Positions 1 to 8,350 of a DNA stretch of 64,000 nucleotides are shown piece by piece. The stretch lies in the sequence record NC_019401.1; one strand, given 5' to 3'. The notes under the pieces were generated by a model, which made no database searches, was not told the DNA's origin, and worked only from the letters and a program-made list of their open reading frames with translations. How positions within the stretch are numbered: the first letter of the stretch is position 1; every line of letters starts with the position of its first letter. The translations under genes were made by a program, and so were the position numbers.

Positions 1-16
1 TTTATTTGGATATATA

Positions 17-955
17 ATGGGTTCATTTAACACAACATGTTCGGTTTCTCGCCTACCTATTGGTATGGGTGATGAAGTAAAGATTTTCTTTCTAATTAAA
101 AATCCATACAATGATACGCACAAATGCTATATTAATGATAACTGGAATTTATTTGGTCTTCCGCTAGATGCAATCTATGATGATTATGGCAAATATGAAT
201 TAGTAGAAAATGAAAAAAATATACGTATTTGGGAAACATACGCACGAGAGTTTAAAAAACGTATCGTAGAGCGTGAACAGGGTCCAAACCAATTTCATGA
301 TTGTCCGGTATCTCGCAGCGACATTACTTTTAGTACTATTCAAGACGCCATTTGGGAAAGTCGTGCTAATCTAGAGCATAAATTTTTGGATGATAATTCT
401 GTTGATCTGAAAATCGAAATCATGGCTATTCATAAAAAAGTATATGATTCTATTAGTACTGAATTTGATTGTTGGCGTGGTAAAATTGTCCTTGAAGATA
501 AAATCAAAGAAATACAAAGCGAACACCGCTTCCCATATTATTTGAACTGCACTGAATTTTTGGAATCATTCGATGAAGATGATGAAAAATTATATGATGG
601 TGATGAATTAACAGAAGAAGGCAATAAACTACTAAGCCTAAAAATCGAATTAGAGTGGACGATTGATGGACTGATAAAAACACCTAGAATATATGAAGAT
701 GTTAACATTTATATCAATCACAGCATGGGAATCTACAATCTTGTCGAATACACAGTGCCAGAATATGCAGATTTTGCTCCAGAATTTATTCAGAAATATT
801 TGTTCGAATGTAACATGACCATGTTGAATATTGAGTATTGTCCAGCAATTACATCAGGCCAATCTTACAATTTTATGAAGCAGGTTGCATTTCATGAAAG
901 TATTGTTGAACTGGCAAAAGAACTACATCAAACACACGACAATTGGGATGATTAA
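17..955 (+). CDS. hypothetical phage protein
   Basis: 312 aa ORF with phage-like codon usage; no motif recognised. Confidence 0.8.
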   Translation: MGSFNTTCSVSRLPIGMGDEVKIFFLIKNPYNDTHKCYINDNWNLFGLPLDAIYDDYGKYELVENEKNIRIWETYAREFKKRIVEREQGPNQFHDCPVSRSDITFSTIQDAIWESRANLEHKFLDDNSVDLKIEIMAIHKKVYDSISTEFDCWRGKIVLEDKIKEIQSEHRFPYYLNCTEFLESFDEDDEKLYDGDELTEEGNKLLSLKIELEWTIDGLIKTPRIYEDVNIYINHSMGIYNLVEYTVPEYADFAPEFIQKYLFECNMTMLNIEYCPAITSGQSYNFMKQVAFHESIVELAKELHQTHDNWDD

Positions 956-957
956 AT

Positions 958-1158
958 ATGTTAAAATTGATACTAATTATATCCGTTATTGCATACATCA
1001 TTGTGGGATTTTTAACTTATACTGAATATAAAAAGAAGTTTAATTCAGAAGAAAAAATCTCAACCAAAAAAGTTATCTATATAGTCATTCATGGTTTTTT
1101 ATATGTATTGATTGGATTACTAATTGCAGTACTAGGATATTTGATTTTAACTATGTGA
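958..1158 (+). CDS. small membrane protein
   Basis: 66 aa with two hydrophobic segments. Confidence 0.7.
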   Translation: MLKLILIISVIAYIIVGFLTYTEYKKKFNSEEKISTKKVIYIVIHGFLYVLIGLLIAVLGYLILTM

Positions 1159-1165
1159 GGAAATT

Positions 1166-1612
1166 ATGGCTGGCAAAGGATTCGTCGGCCTTTCCCTTGA
1201 TAAAGAACAGGGAAAGGAAATACAAAAAATATTTAAACTAGCAGGGATCGACTGCTTGACTCCATCAAAATTTCATGTTACAGTGATGTACGATGAAAGT
1301 GAACCTGAAATAGAACTACTTTCTAATGATAAGACTTATAAAGCGAAAATCACTGGAGTAGAGCGTTTAGGTAAACCAGGTGGTGAGTGGGAAGCAATTG
1401 CTCTTTTACTTGATTCACCAGAAATTGAGAAGCGGCATAAAGAGTTGCAAAATGCAGGGTTCAAGCACAAGCATCCTAGTTTTAAATGCCATATGAGTAT
1501 CGTATATAAACCAAAAGATACTGATGAAGATTTAATTGAGTTGATTTATAAATTGGGCGTTCTACCAGAAGAATTAATCTTTGGTGATGAACATTTAGGC
1601 ACAACTGTTTAA
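1166..1612 (+). CDS. acb1: 2H phosphodiesterase, anti-CBASS Acb1 (T4 gp57B)-like
   Basis: HxT (FHVTVMY) and HxS (CHMSIVY) motifs; segment LLLDSPEIEKRH...GFKHKHPSFKCHMSIVY follows the T4 57B pattern; 148 aa. Confidence 0.75.
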   Translation: MAGKGFVGLSLDKEQGKEIQKIFKLAGIDCLTPSKFHVTVMYDESEPEIELLSNDKTYKAKITGVERLGKPGGEWEAIALLLDSPEIEKRHKELQNAGFKHKHPSFKCHMSIVYKPKDTDEDLIELIYKLGVLPEELIFGDEHLGTTV

Positions 1613-1624
1613 TTGGTATAAAAA

Positions 1625-1861
1625 ATGAAAAACGACAAAGACTTAACCAAAAATGAAAAACGGCTTTATAGTGGTTCTTGGGTTGATGAGCAAGAAAACG
1701 CTAAAAAAAATGTGGTATGTACTCGTTGTTTTTCAACATACTTTCTCCAATCAGCACCGAGGACTGTACCCGGTACTGATGGATATTATACAAAGGAGCC
1801 TCAATGTCCGAATTGTGGTTGCCGACTATATTTTACGCATTTAACAGGGAAACATGAATGA
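1625..1861 (+). CDS. small zinc-ribbon protein
   Basis: CTRC and CPNC pairs in 78 aa. Confidence 0.65.
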   Translation: MKNDKDLTKNEKRLYSGSWVDEQENAKKNVVCTRCFSTYFLQSAPRTVPGTDGYYTKEPQCPNCGCRLYFTHLTGKHE

Positions 1862-2655
1862 ACCTAAATGGTTTTTTATCTAATAATGGGATTCCACGAC
1901 TAATTTTTTGTACTGGTGCTGGACTTTCAAAAGAATCTGGTATTCAGACTTTCCGTGATGCGGCTGGTGAAGGTCTATGGGATGATGTAAGTATTGATGA
2001 AGTTTGTAACATTGCAACCTTCCATATCAATTACAACAAAATACATAACTTTTATAACAAAATGCGTACTGGATTGGTGAACTATGAACCTAACGCGGGT
2101 CATCATTTTATTGCTGAAATGCAGAAAAAATATGGCGATGAGCGGGTAATGCATATTACTGCGAATGTTGATGATCTAATTGAACGTGCTGGTGGTTCAG
2201 CTATGCATGTTCATGGATTCCTTACTGAAGTCATTGAACCATACAGTACTAATTCGTCTGATTATGAAGTAAAAGATATTGGATATACTGAATTTACACC
2301 AACACCTGGGGTACTTTCTAAACCAAATATTGTTATGTTCGGCGAAACCTTCTGGTTCACTGATGGTAAACGTAAACAGATTTACGATGACCTTTATAAA
2401 GTACTAGATAGTGTTACTGCACGTGATACTTTTATTATCGTTGGTTCATCTGATACAGTTATTCCGTGGTCTGTATATGCTGGAGTTGCAACAGCCGCAC
2501 CGGTTGTTAACATTAATCCAGAAGTTCATAAAAATGATGACCTATTTACATACAATCTGTATCGGCCTTTTACAGAAACACTCGACACTGTAGAAGAATT
2601 TATCAGTCAACGTATGGATTATAAAGATTTGAGCAGTGAGACTAAGGATTTGTAA
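1858..2655 (+). CDS. Sir2/CobB-family NAD-dependent deacylase
   Basis: GAGLSKESGIQTFR, TANVDDL, HVHG, KPNIVMFGE motifs. Confidence 0.92.
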   Translation: MNLNGFLSNNGIPRLIFCTGAGLSKESGIQTFRDAAGEGLWDDVSIDEVCNIATFHINYNKIHNFYNKMRTGLVNYEPNAGHHFIAEMQKKYGDERVMHITANVDDLIERAGGSAMHVHGFLTEVIEPYSTNSSDYEVKDIGYTEFTPTPGVLSKPNIVMFGETFWFTDGKRKQIYDDLYKVLDSVTARDTFIIVGSSDTVIPWSVYAGVATAAPVVNINPEVHKNDDLFTYNLYRPFTETLDTVEEFISQRMDYKDLSSETKDL

Positions 2656-3560
2656 TGACTATGTACGAAGAAATTCCATTCGGAACACGTTCTGAACGAT
2701 ATGATTGTGTGTTCGTGTGGATATATGCAAAAAACTGTACTCCATACGCAAACTATCCTTACAATGATATTCCAAATGTAAGTTTAGTACTGTCAGAATT
2801 ACGTTTTGACGGATTAATGGGTGCAGTCGGTGGGATGGTAGAACATAATGATCCATGTTTAGAAATTGCCGTTCATCGGGAAGCAAAAGAAGAAATTGAT
2901 TATGATTTACCAATTCAACGTTTAGAGCCGTTGGTAAGTTATAAAAATTGTGTATCTGGTTCACACAACCATGCATTTTCGTTGGAAGTATCTTACGAAG
3001 AACTTTTGGAGATTCGTAATAATGCTCATAACGGTGCACATTTTAGTGCTGAAAATGCTGGGGTGAACTTACTACATATCTGCCGTTACCTTAAAGGTAA
3101 CAAAGTAGAATGTGGTTGGAACACACTACTTGAACAACGTTTTATTGGTACGGCCAAAATGGAACTAACGAAACTTGTTCGTACTAAAAATCTGTTAATT
3201 GACTATGTTGATGACGGAAAGACTGATACTTCATACAAAATGTTTTTGGATGATTTACGTGATGTTAATCAGTACTATCCTAATGAAGAATTTGTTGTGT
3301 GCCGTACTTATCAGGAAGCTGTTGAGTATGTTAAACAACATGGAATTCCGGCATTTGTATCATTTGACCATGATTTAGGTGACACTGAAAATGAAAATGA
3401 AGAAACTGGATATACGTTCGCTAAGTTTTTAGTTGATTATATGATGGATAATCAGATTGCTACTGAATTTGAGTATCACGTTCATAGTGCAAATCCAGTT
3501 GGTGCAATGAACATCATTGCTTATTTGGATAACGCATTTAAATTTATTCGGAGTTTATAA
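2655..3560 (+). CDS. Nudix (NUDT16-like) hydrolase fused to a cyclic-phosphate-processing receiver-like domain
   Basis: N-half LRFDGLMGAVGGMVE...REAKEEI; C-half FLDDLRD...SFDHDLG...TGY...VHSANPVG; single continuous ORF. Confidence 0.7.
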   Translation: MTMYEEIPFGTRSERYDCVFVWIYAKNCTPYANYPYNDIPNVSLVLSELRFDGLMGAVGGMVEHNDPCLEIAVHREAKEEIDYDLPIQRLEPLVSYKNCVSGSHNHAFSLEVSYEELLEIRNNAHNGAHFSAENAGVNLLHICRYLKGNKVECGWNTLLEQRFIGTAKMELTKLVRTKNLLIDYVDDGKTDTSYKMFLDDLRDVNQYYPNEEFVVCRTYQEAVEYVKQHGIPAFVSFDHDLGDTENENEETGYTFAKFLVDYMMDNQIATEFEYHVHSANPVGAMNIIAYLDNAFKFIRSL

Positions 3561-3862
3561 TGAAAAGTTTTGTAATCTCAATTATTTTAGCATCAGCAGT
3601 AACTTTCGGAGTTAGTAAAATTATCGATGCTGCTAAAAGGACTGAGCATCAAAATGTTCATTATAATGTCGGACGAGTAGTGTCGTTAGGCCAATGCAAA
3701 GATGGAAGTTGTTCATATGGTTATACTGATATGAACAATGAATTGAAATATGCAAGTACTAGTAAACCAGTTAGTTTAGGCCAACTGGTTTACCAGGAAT
3801 GCTGGTATGAAGAAGCACAGGGAAATCAGTGCTACGTTGATTATACTCCCAGCAATAACTAA
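3560..3862 (+). CDS. membrane-anchored or secreted hypothetical protein
   Basis: N-terminal hydrophobic helix, four Cys. Confidence 0.7.
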   Translation: MKSFVISIILASAVTFGVSKIIDAAKRTEHQNVHYNVGRVVSLGQCKDGSCSYGYTDMNNELKYASTSKPVSLGQLVYQECWYEEAQGNQCYVDYTPSNN

Positions 3863-3926
3863 CAGTATTTCGGAACATTAAATACTGTTAGGAAAACAAA
3901 CGTGTTATACACACAGACAAAAAAGG

Positions 3927-5375
3927 ATGTTTATGAAAAAATATGTTCTTGACACAAACGTGATTCTTAGTGATCCTCATGCAGTCCTAGCATTTGAAGG
4001 AGCACATGTAATTCTTCCGTTTAAAGTACTAGAAGAATTAGATTCCATTAAGAGTCGCAAGGTTGACATTAGTAGAGATGCACGTGTTGCAATTCGCAAT
4101 ATCAGTACTATTCTCGAAGGTGCTACCCACGAAGAAATTTCCACCACTGGTGTTCAAATTTCGAAAACCCATCCACACATTAACGCTGAGACTCGTCTTT
4201 TTGTTCTAACAATTGAAGAACTAACTGCGATACATCATTTAGCAAATCCAGAACTTGGTGATGTTGAATCATTTGATCCTAAGCTAGTTACTCTAATGAA
4301 AAGTACTGTACCTGATGATGAGATTATTCTAGTTGCAAAACTATCTCAATCAGTACTAGTTACTCGTGATATTAATATGCGTATTAAAGCACTAGCATAT
4401 GGTGTTGAAGTACAAGATTATCGTCATGATGTGACCATTCAAGACTCTGATTTGATTCATACCGGAAACCATTCAATTGAGGGTGATTTTTGGGAACATG
4501 CAGGGGATACTGTATATTCGAATCAGGAAGGTCAAAAACTTATTCAAATGATTCCAGAAGAAGTCATTAAACCATTCTTACCAGAAAATCTATGCATCGG
4601 TGATTATATCTATGATGAAGCAGATGGTCTGTTTGTATTTGAAGGTTATGCTTCCGTTCTAGATTCAGATGATGATCGTGATTTCTTAGCATTCAGTGAT
4701 GTTGGACAAACCAAAGCACTATCACGCAAAGTATGGGATATTAAAGCCAAGAACATTCAACAAGCAATGGCAATTAACAGTATTATGGACAAAGATGTAC
4801 ATCTAACGATTCTTCTAGGTCCAGCAGGTACTGGTAAAACGCTAATTACCGTTGCATCTGCACTTGAATTAGTACTAGAGAAAAAGAAATATGATCGTAT
4901 TATTTTCTCTAAAACACAAGATTCTCAGTTCGAAGAAATCGGGTTCCTACCAGGTTCAGAACTAGAAAAAGTAATGCCATTCTGTGGTGCTGCTGTCGAT
5001 GCTCTAGAGTATCTACACAAAGATGATGCTAATCCACAAGGTTCTATTGAAGAAATTATGAAACGTAATGTCTTCCAGTTTAAAGCTTTGAACTTTGTTC
5101 GTGGTCGTAGCTTCATTAACACCATTTTGATTGTCGATGAGTTCCAGAACATTACTCCTGCACAAGCTAAAACAATTCTAACTCGTGCTGGCGAAAACTG
5201 TAAAGTAATCATTATGGGTAACTTATCTCAGATTGATAACAAGTTCATCAGTCCAACTAACAGTGGTTTGACTTATGTAACTGAGAAATTCAAAGATTGG
5301 GAAGGTTGCCGTATCATTGAACTAGAAGGTGTTCAACGCTCAGTACTTGCTGAATTCGCAGAACAAAATCTATAA
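3927..5375 (+). CDS. phoH: PIN domain-PhoH family ATPase (PhoH2/YlaK-like)
   Basis: N-terminal VLDTNV PIN motif; GPAGTGKT Walker A; RGRSF, VDEFQN, GNLSQID. Confidence 0.92.
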   Translation: MFMKKYVLDTNVILSDPHAVLAFEGAHVILPFKVLEELDSIKSRKVDISRDARVAIRNISTILEGATHEEISTTGVQISKTHPHINAETRLFVLTIEELTAIHHLANPELGDVESFDPKLVTLMKSTVPDDEIILVAKLSQSVLVTRDINMRIKALAYGVEVQDYRHDVTIQDSDLIHTGNHSIEGDFWEHAGDTVYSNQEGQKLIQMIPEEVIKPFLPENLCIGDYIYDEADGLFVFEGYASVLDSDDDRDFLAFSDVGQTKALSRKVWDIKAKNIQQAMAINSIMDKDVHLTILLGPAGTGKTLITVASALELVLEKKKYDRIIFSKTQDSQFEEIGFLPGSELEKVMPFCGAAVDALEYLHKDDANPQGSIEEIMKRNVFQFKALNFVRGRSFINTILIVDEFQNITPAQAKTILTRAGENCKVIIMGNLSQIDNKFISPTNSGLTYVTEKFKDWEGCRIIELEGVQRSVLAEFAEQNL

Positions 5376-5385
5376 CAAACTTTTG

Positions 5386-5409
5386 GGGATACTTCGGTAT
5401 CCCTTTTTT
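5386..5409 (+). terminator. rho-independent terminator
   Basis: GGGATAC-TTCG-GTATCCC followed by T6. Confidence 0.85.
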
Positions 5410-5422
5410 AATTGGAAGAACT

Positions 5423-5605
5423 ATGAAATTATCTTTTTATGCTGAAGCTGACCCACAAGTAGGTGACGGTGACATTGTTTTTTATAAAGTGATTCAGGTA
5501 AGGAAGTACTGGTTTTTAACGTTCAAGACGCAAATCGATTATGGTACAGAAAATGAAATGAAGACCCTTGCTAATAATCTTAATTTAAATCTTGGAACAA
5601 AATAA
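5423..5605 (+). CDS. hypothetical protein
   Basis: 60 aa ORF with GGA-type RBS. Confidence 0.6.
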   Translation: MKLSFYAEADPQVGDGDIVFYKVIQVRKYWFLTFKTQIDYGTENEMKTLANNLNLNLGTK

Positions 5606-5621
5606 TTTTTTATGGTATAAT
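5592..5621 (+). promoter_or_regulatory. promoter, TGRAAC-N17-TATAAT class with extended -10
   Basis: TTGGAAC, 17 nt, TATAAT preceded by TGG; same geometry as 36711, 43814 and 50515. Confidence 0.55.
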
Positions 5622-5663
5622 ATACGTAATTAATCGACAAATTAGCCTCCATTTCCGGCCTTA

Positions 5664-5677
5664 TTGATTATAATCAA
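5664..5677. promoter_or_regulatory. FNR consensus box
   Basis: TTGAT-TATA-ATCAA, perfect match to TTGAT-N4-ATCAA, intergenic. Confidence 0.5.
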
Positions 5678-5737
5678 CATAAATAGTTACATAATAATAA
5701 AAATATTTTTGACTCCATGTTGTTTATTACATTCTTT

Positions 5738-5762
5738 AAGGCCACGCAATGTGGCCTTTTTT
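5738..5762 (+). terminator. rho-independent terminator
   Basis: AAGGCCAC-GCAAT-GTGGCCTT plus T run. Confidence 0.8.
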
Positions 5763-5775
5763 ATTGGAAAAATAA

Positions 5776-6474
5776 ATGACCGACAAAACTGCAAAAATAG
5801 AAGTGGTCAATAAAATTTTTGAATACTTTCAAGAATTAGGATTTCAAAACATAGTATTCTATGGCTCATACATAGAGCAAATGAACGGTTTTGACGTTGT
5901 TCCAAATGATATTGATGTATGTATCGTTATGGACGAAGAACCACCAGAGAAGCGTCATAAGACGTTCTATTTGGGGTTCACTGATTTGCCTATCAATGTT
6001 GAATTCATGCACCGCAAGTCGTTTGAAGCAGAATTAAAATCAATGCAACCAAAGTACTTCATGTATATAAGCAACCCTGCATTACACAAAGATATTGATT
6101 CTGCATTTCAAAGTAAAGAACTTCATGAAGTACGTTCATGTATAAGTTCAGTATCTTCAAAAGCCTTTGATAAAGGTAAGAAGAAACTTACGGTAGAGAA
6201 TGACTATGATGAAGTCCTTGGTCTGAAAAATATCTATCATGCATTTAAGTTTCTATATTATGCGAAATGGTATTACTACCCTGAAATGAATCCTCCAAAA
6301 GAAGCTGAACTTCAGTTCTTGAATGAAATTCATAAAAACATTTATGAAATATATCAAAATAGTACCGGAACACTTGATGAACGATGTAAAGTACTGTTAA
6401 ATTATGTAAAAGGTTTGTATAATACCCAAATGACAGGATTTCGAATTCTATTTCCAAAACAGGTGAACACATGA
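5776..6474 (+). CDS. Pol-beta superfamily nucleotidyltransferase-like protein
   Basis: FYGS...NDIDV (GS...DxD) signature. Confidence 0.6.
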   Translation: MTDKTAKIEVVNKIFEYFQELGFQNIVFYGSYIEQMNGFDVVPNDIDVCIVMDEEPPEKRHKTFYLGFTDLPINVEFMHRKSFEAELKSMQPKYFMYISNPALHKDIDSAFQSKELHEVRSCISSVSSKAFDKGKKKLTVENDYDEVLGLKNIYHAFKFLYYAKWYYYPEMNPPKEAELQFLNEIHKNIYEIYQNSTGTLDERCKVLLNYVKGLYNTQMTGFRILFPKQVNT

Positions 6475-6677
6475 CATTTTTTACAATATTAGGAATGGGT
6501 ATAGTGTTCCTGATTGGTCTTATCCTAATATGCTTTAGTTTGTTTGGATTATTTTTTACGAGTGCATTCTCAGGTAAAATAAGCTTGAGTGAATTTATAG
6601 TAGCATGTATTATCTTCTGTATTGGCGGATATGCATGGTACTTCGTGTTTTCACATGTTTCTATTGGATTAGGATAA
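6471..6677 (+). CDS. small membrane protein
   Basis: two hydrophobic helices. Confidence 0.7.
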   Translation: MTFFTILGMGIVFLIGLILICFSLFGLFFTSAFSGKISLSEFIVACIIFCIGGYAWYFVFSHVSIGLG

Positions 6678-6683
6678 TAACTA

Positions 6684-6833
6684 ATGGAAGTACTATTCGA
6701 ATTACTGTTTGCACTAATTGAATGTCTTGTTGAAATGATGTGCATGGGTGCTAAAGGTCGCTGGATACTTTTTATTCTGTTGACTATTATTGCAGTTATT
6801 GGTTTTGGTGTATGGACTCTTTCTTATAAGTAA
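6684..6833 (+). CDS. small membrane protein (not in ORF track)
   Basis: 49 aa, MEVLFELLFALIECL...GFGVWTLSYK; AGGA RBS. Confidence 0.6.
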   Translation: MEVLFELLFALIECLVEMMCMGAKGRWILFILLTIIAVIGFGVWTLSYK

Positions 6834-6907
6834 GGATTGTAAATGAAAAAATTAACTAAAGGGCGTATGACTTTCTATTAAGGTACTTTAATTAATAGGA
6901 GGAACAT

Positions 6908-7450
6908 ATGTTCTTTGATCAAACTTTTAAAATCTTCTTCGATAACGGAACTGTTGTTGAAACCAATGACCTTCTTTCTTGGATTAAAACAAACTTTCCA
7001 GGTACGGTAGAAATTTTCTACTACCGTATGAAATGGGTTTGTAAGTACGAGAAAGACCCATTTTGGCAATACGGTTACTACAACAAAGTGGATACTAACT
7101 TTTGCGAAAATTTTTATTTGTATACTGGCAACAATGTAATGGTTTCACCTGAGTTGTTTAAAAACGAATACAAATCAAAAAATAATCGCGACTTTTGGGA
7201 TTACGTAGAAAAACGCAACCGCAAATGGTTATACCGTGCTTGGCGTAAAAGTCACACAGAAACTTACGACCGTAAAATGGAAACCATTGCTGAACGCCGT
7301 GCTGTTGCGGGTGTTGTAAAAGAAGAAGGTGAACCAGAATTTCGCGGGAAACGCCGTAACATTCCTAATCCGTGGGATGATATTATGGCACGTCGCAGTC
7401 TTTCATGGAAAGATTGCACAAAACGCAAACGTCAACACAAAGGGAGCTAA
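6908..7450 (+). CDS. hypothetical phage protein
   Basis: 180 aa, strong AGGAGG RBS, basic C-terminus with RRNIPNPWDD. Confidence 0.8.
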   Translation: MFFDQTFKIFFDNGTVVETNDLLSWIKTNFPGTVEIFYYRMKWVCKYEKDPFWQYGYYNKVDTNFCENFYLYTGNNVMVSPELFKNEYKSKNNRDFWDYVEKRNRKWLYRAWRKSHTETYDRKMETIAERRAVAGVVKEEGEPEFRGKRRNIPNPWDDIMARRSLSWKDCTKRKRQHKGS

Positions 7451-7461
7451 GCTCCCTTTTT
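7441..7461 (+). terminator. rho-independent terminator
   Basis: AGGGAGC-TAA-GCTCCCT plus T run. Confidence 0.7.
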
Positions 7462-7475
7462 AATTAGGTAATGTA

Positions 7476-8288
7476 ATGACAGATCATAATAATCTTGATT
7501 CAGATGAATTGCAATTAGCAAGAGAGCTATTATTTTTAATGAGCGAGATTGCTCCAACAATTACTGCATATGTTTTTAGCGATAAATGTATGTTCGGTTT
7601 TGGGAAATATTCAGAACGTGTAATTAACTGGCTTGCTACTTACAATTTCATTGTTTGTAATAACAGAACTCCGATAAATGATTCTGGTAATGCGTTCATT
7701 AACTATTACGTATTAACCGATATGGGAAAAGCATTTAACAAGATTGGAGTACTAAGTACAATCGATGTTGAAGAAAATAAAGAAAAGTTTTTCGAGCTTG
7801 GTAATGAAATTTATTCCATTTTGGAAGCTTATTACGCTGAAGAAACGAATATGTTAGCTCGTCTACTTACAGTAGAAGAACAAGACTCGTATTCTAATTA
7901 CTATCGGTTGATGACATACGAATCTATTAAGAACCGAGGCAAAAACAGTACTGATACCATTCGTGAAAACGGCTTAAAAAATATGTTTTCTCTATCAGTA
8001 CTACTAGGTGAGAAAGATGATAATGATCGCCGTACATATGATTATGTACTTAAAAAATGCGTAGAAGAACTTGGCGAACTGTCATTAGAAATTCAAATTG
8101 ATTCGGGTCTTTCATATAAAGAACCTGGTGCAGATGGCATTGAGGGTGAAGCAGTTGATCTTGCAATTTGTGCGATGGATATGTTTGCATTACAATATCC
8201 AGGATTATCACCTGAGCAAATCGAAGCTGAATTCTATAAAAAGATGAATGAAAAATTAGAGAAGTGGAAACGCACTATAGGGATGTAA
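7476..8288 (+). CDS. protein with C-terminal MazG-like NTP pyrophosphohydrolase domain
   Basis: KCVEELGELSLEI...EGEAVDLAICAMD (EExxE...ExxD). Confidence 0.6.
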   Translation: MTDHNNLDSDELQLARELLFLMSEIAPTITAYVFSDKCMFGFGKYSERVINWLATYNFIVCNNRTPINDSGNAFINYYVLTDMGKAFNKIGVLSTIDVEENKEKFFELGNEIYSILEAYYAEETNMLARLLTVEEQDSYSNYYRLMTYESIKNRGKNSTDTIRENGLKNMFSLSVLLGEKDDNDRRTYDYVLKKCVEELGELSLEIQIDSGLSYKEPGADGIEGEAVDLAICAMDMFALQYPGLSPEQIEAEFYKKMNEKLEKWKRTIGM

Positions 8289-8305
8289 AATCGGGGTTTT
8301 TGGGG

Positions 8306-8311
8306 TAAATA
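8306..8311 (+). promoter_or_regulatory. T4-type late promoter core
   Basis: TAAATA 40 nt upstream of the colanidase-like gene. Confidence 0.5.
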
Positions 8312-8350
8312 TTTGTCTAGAACAAAATTTACTCTTAAAAAGGAATCCTT

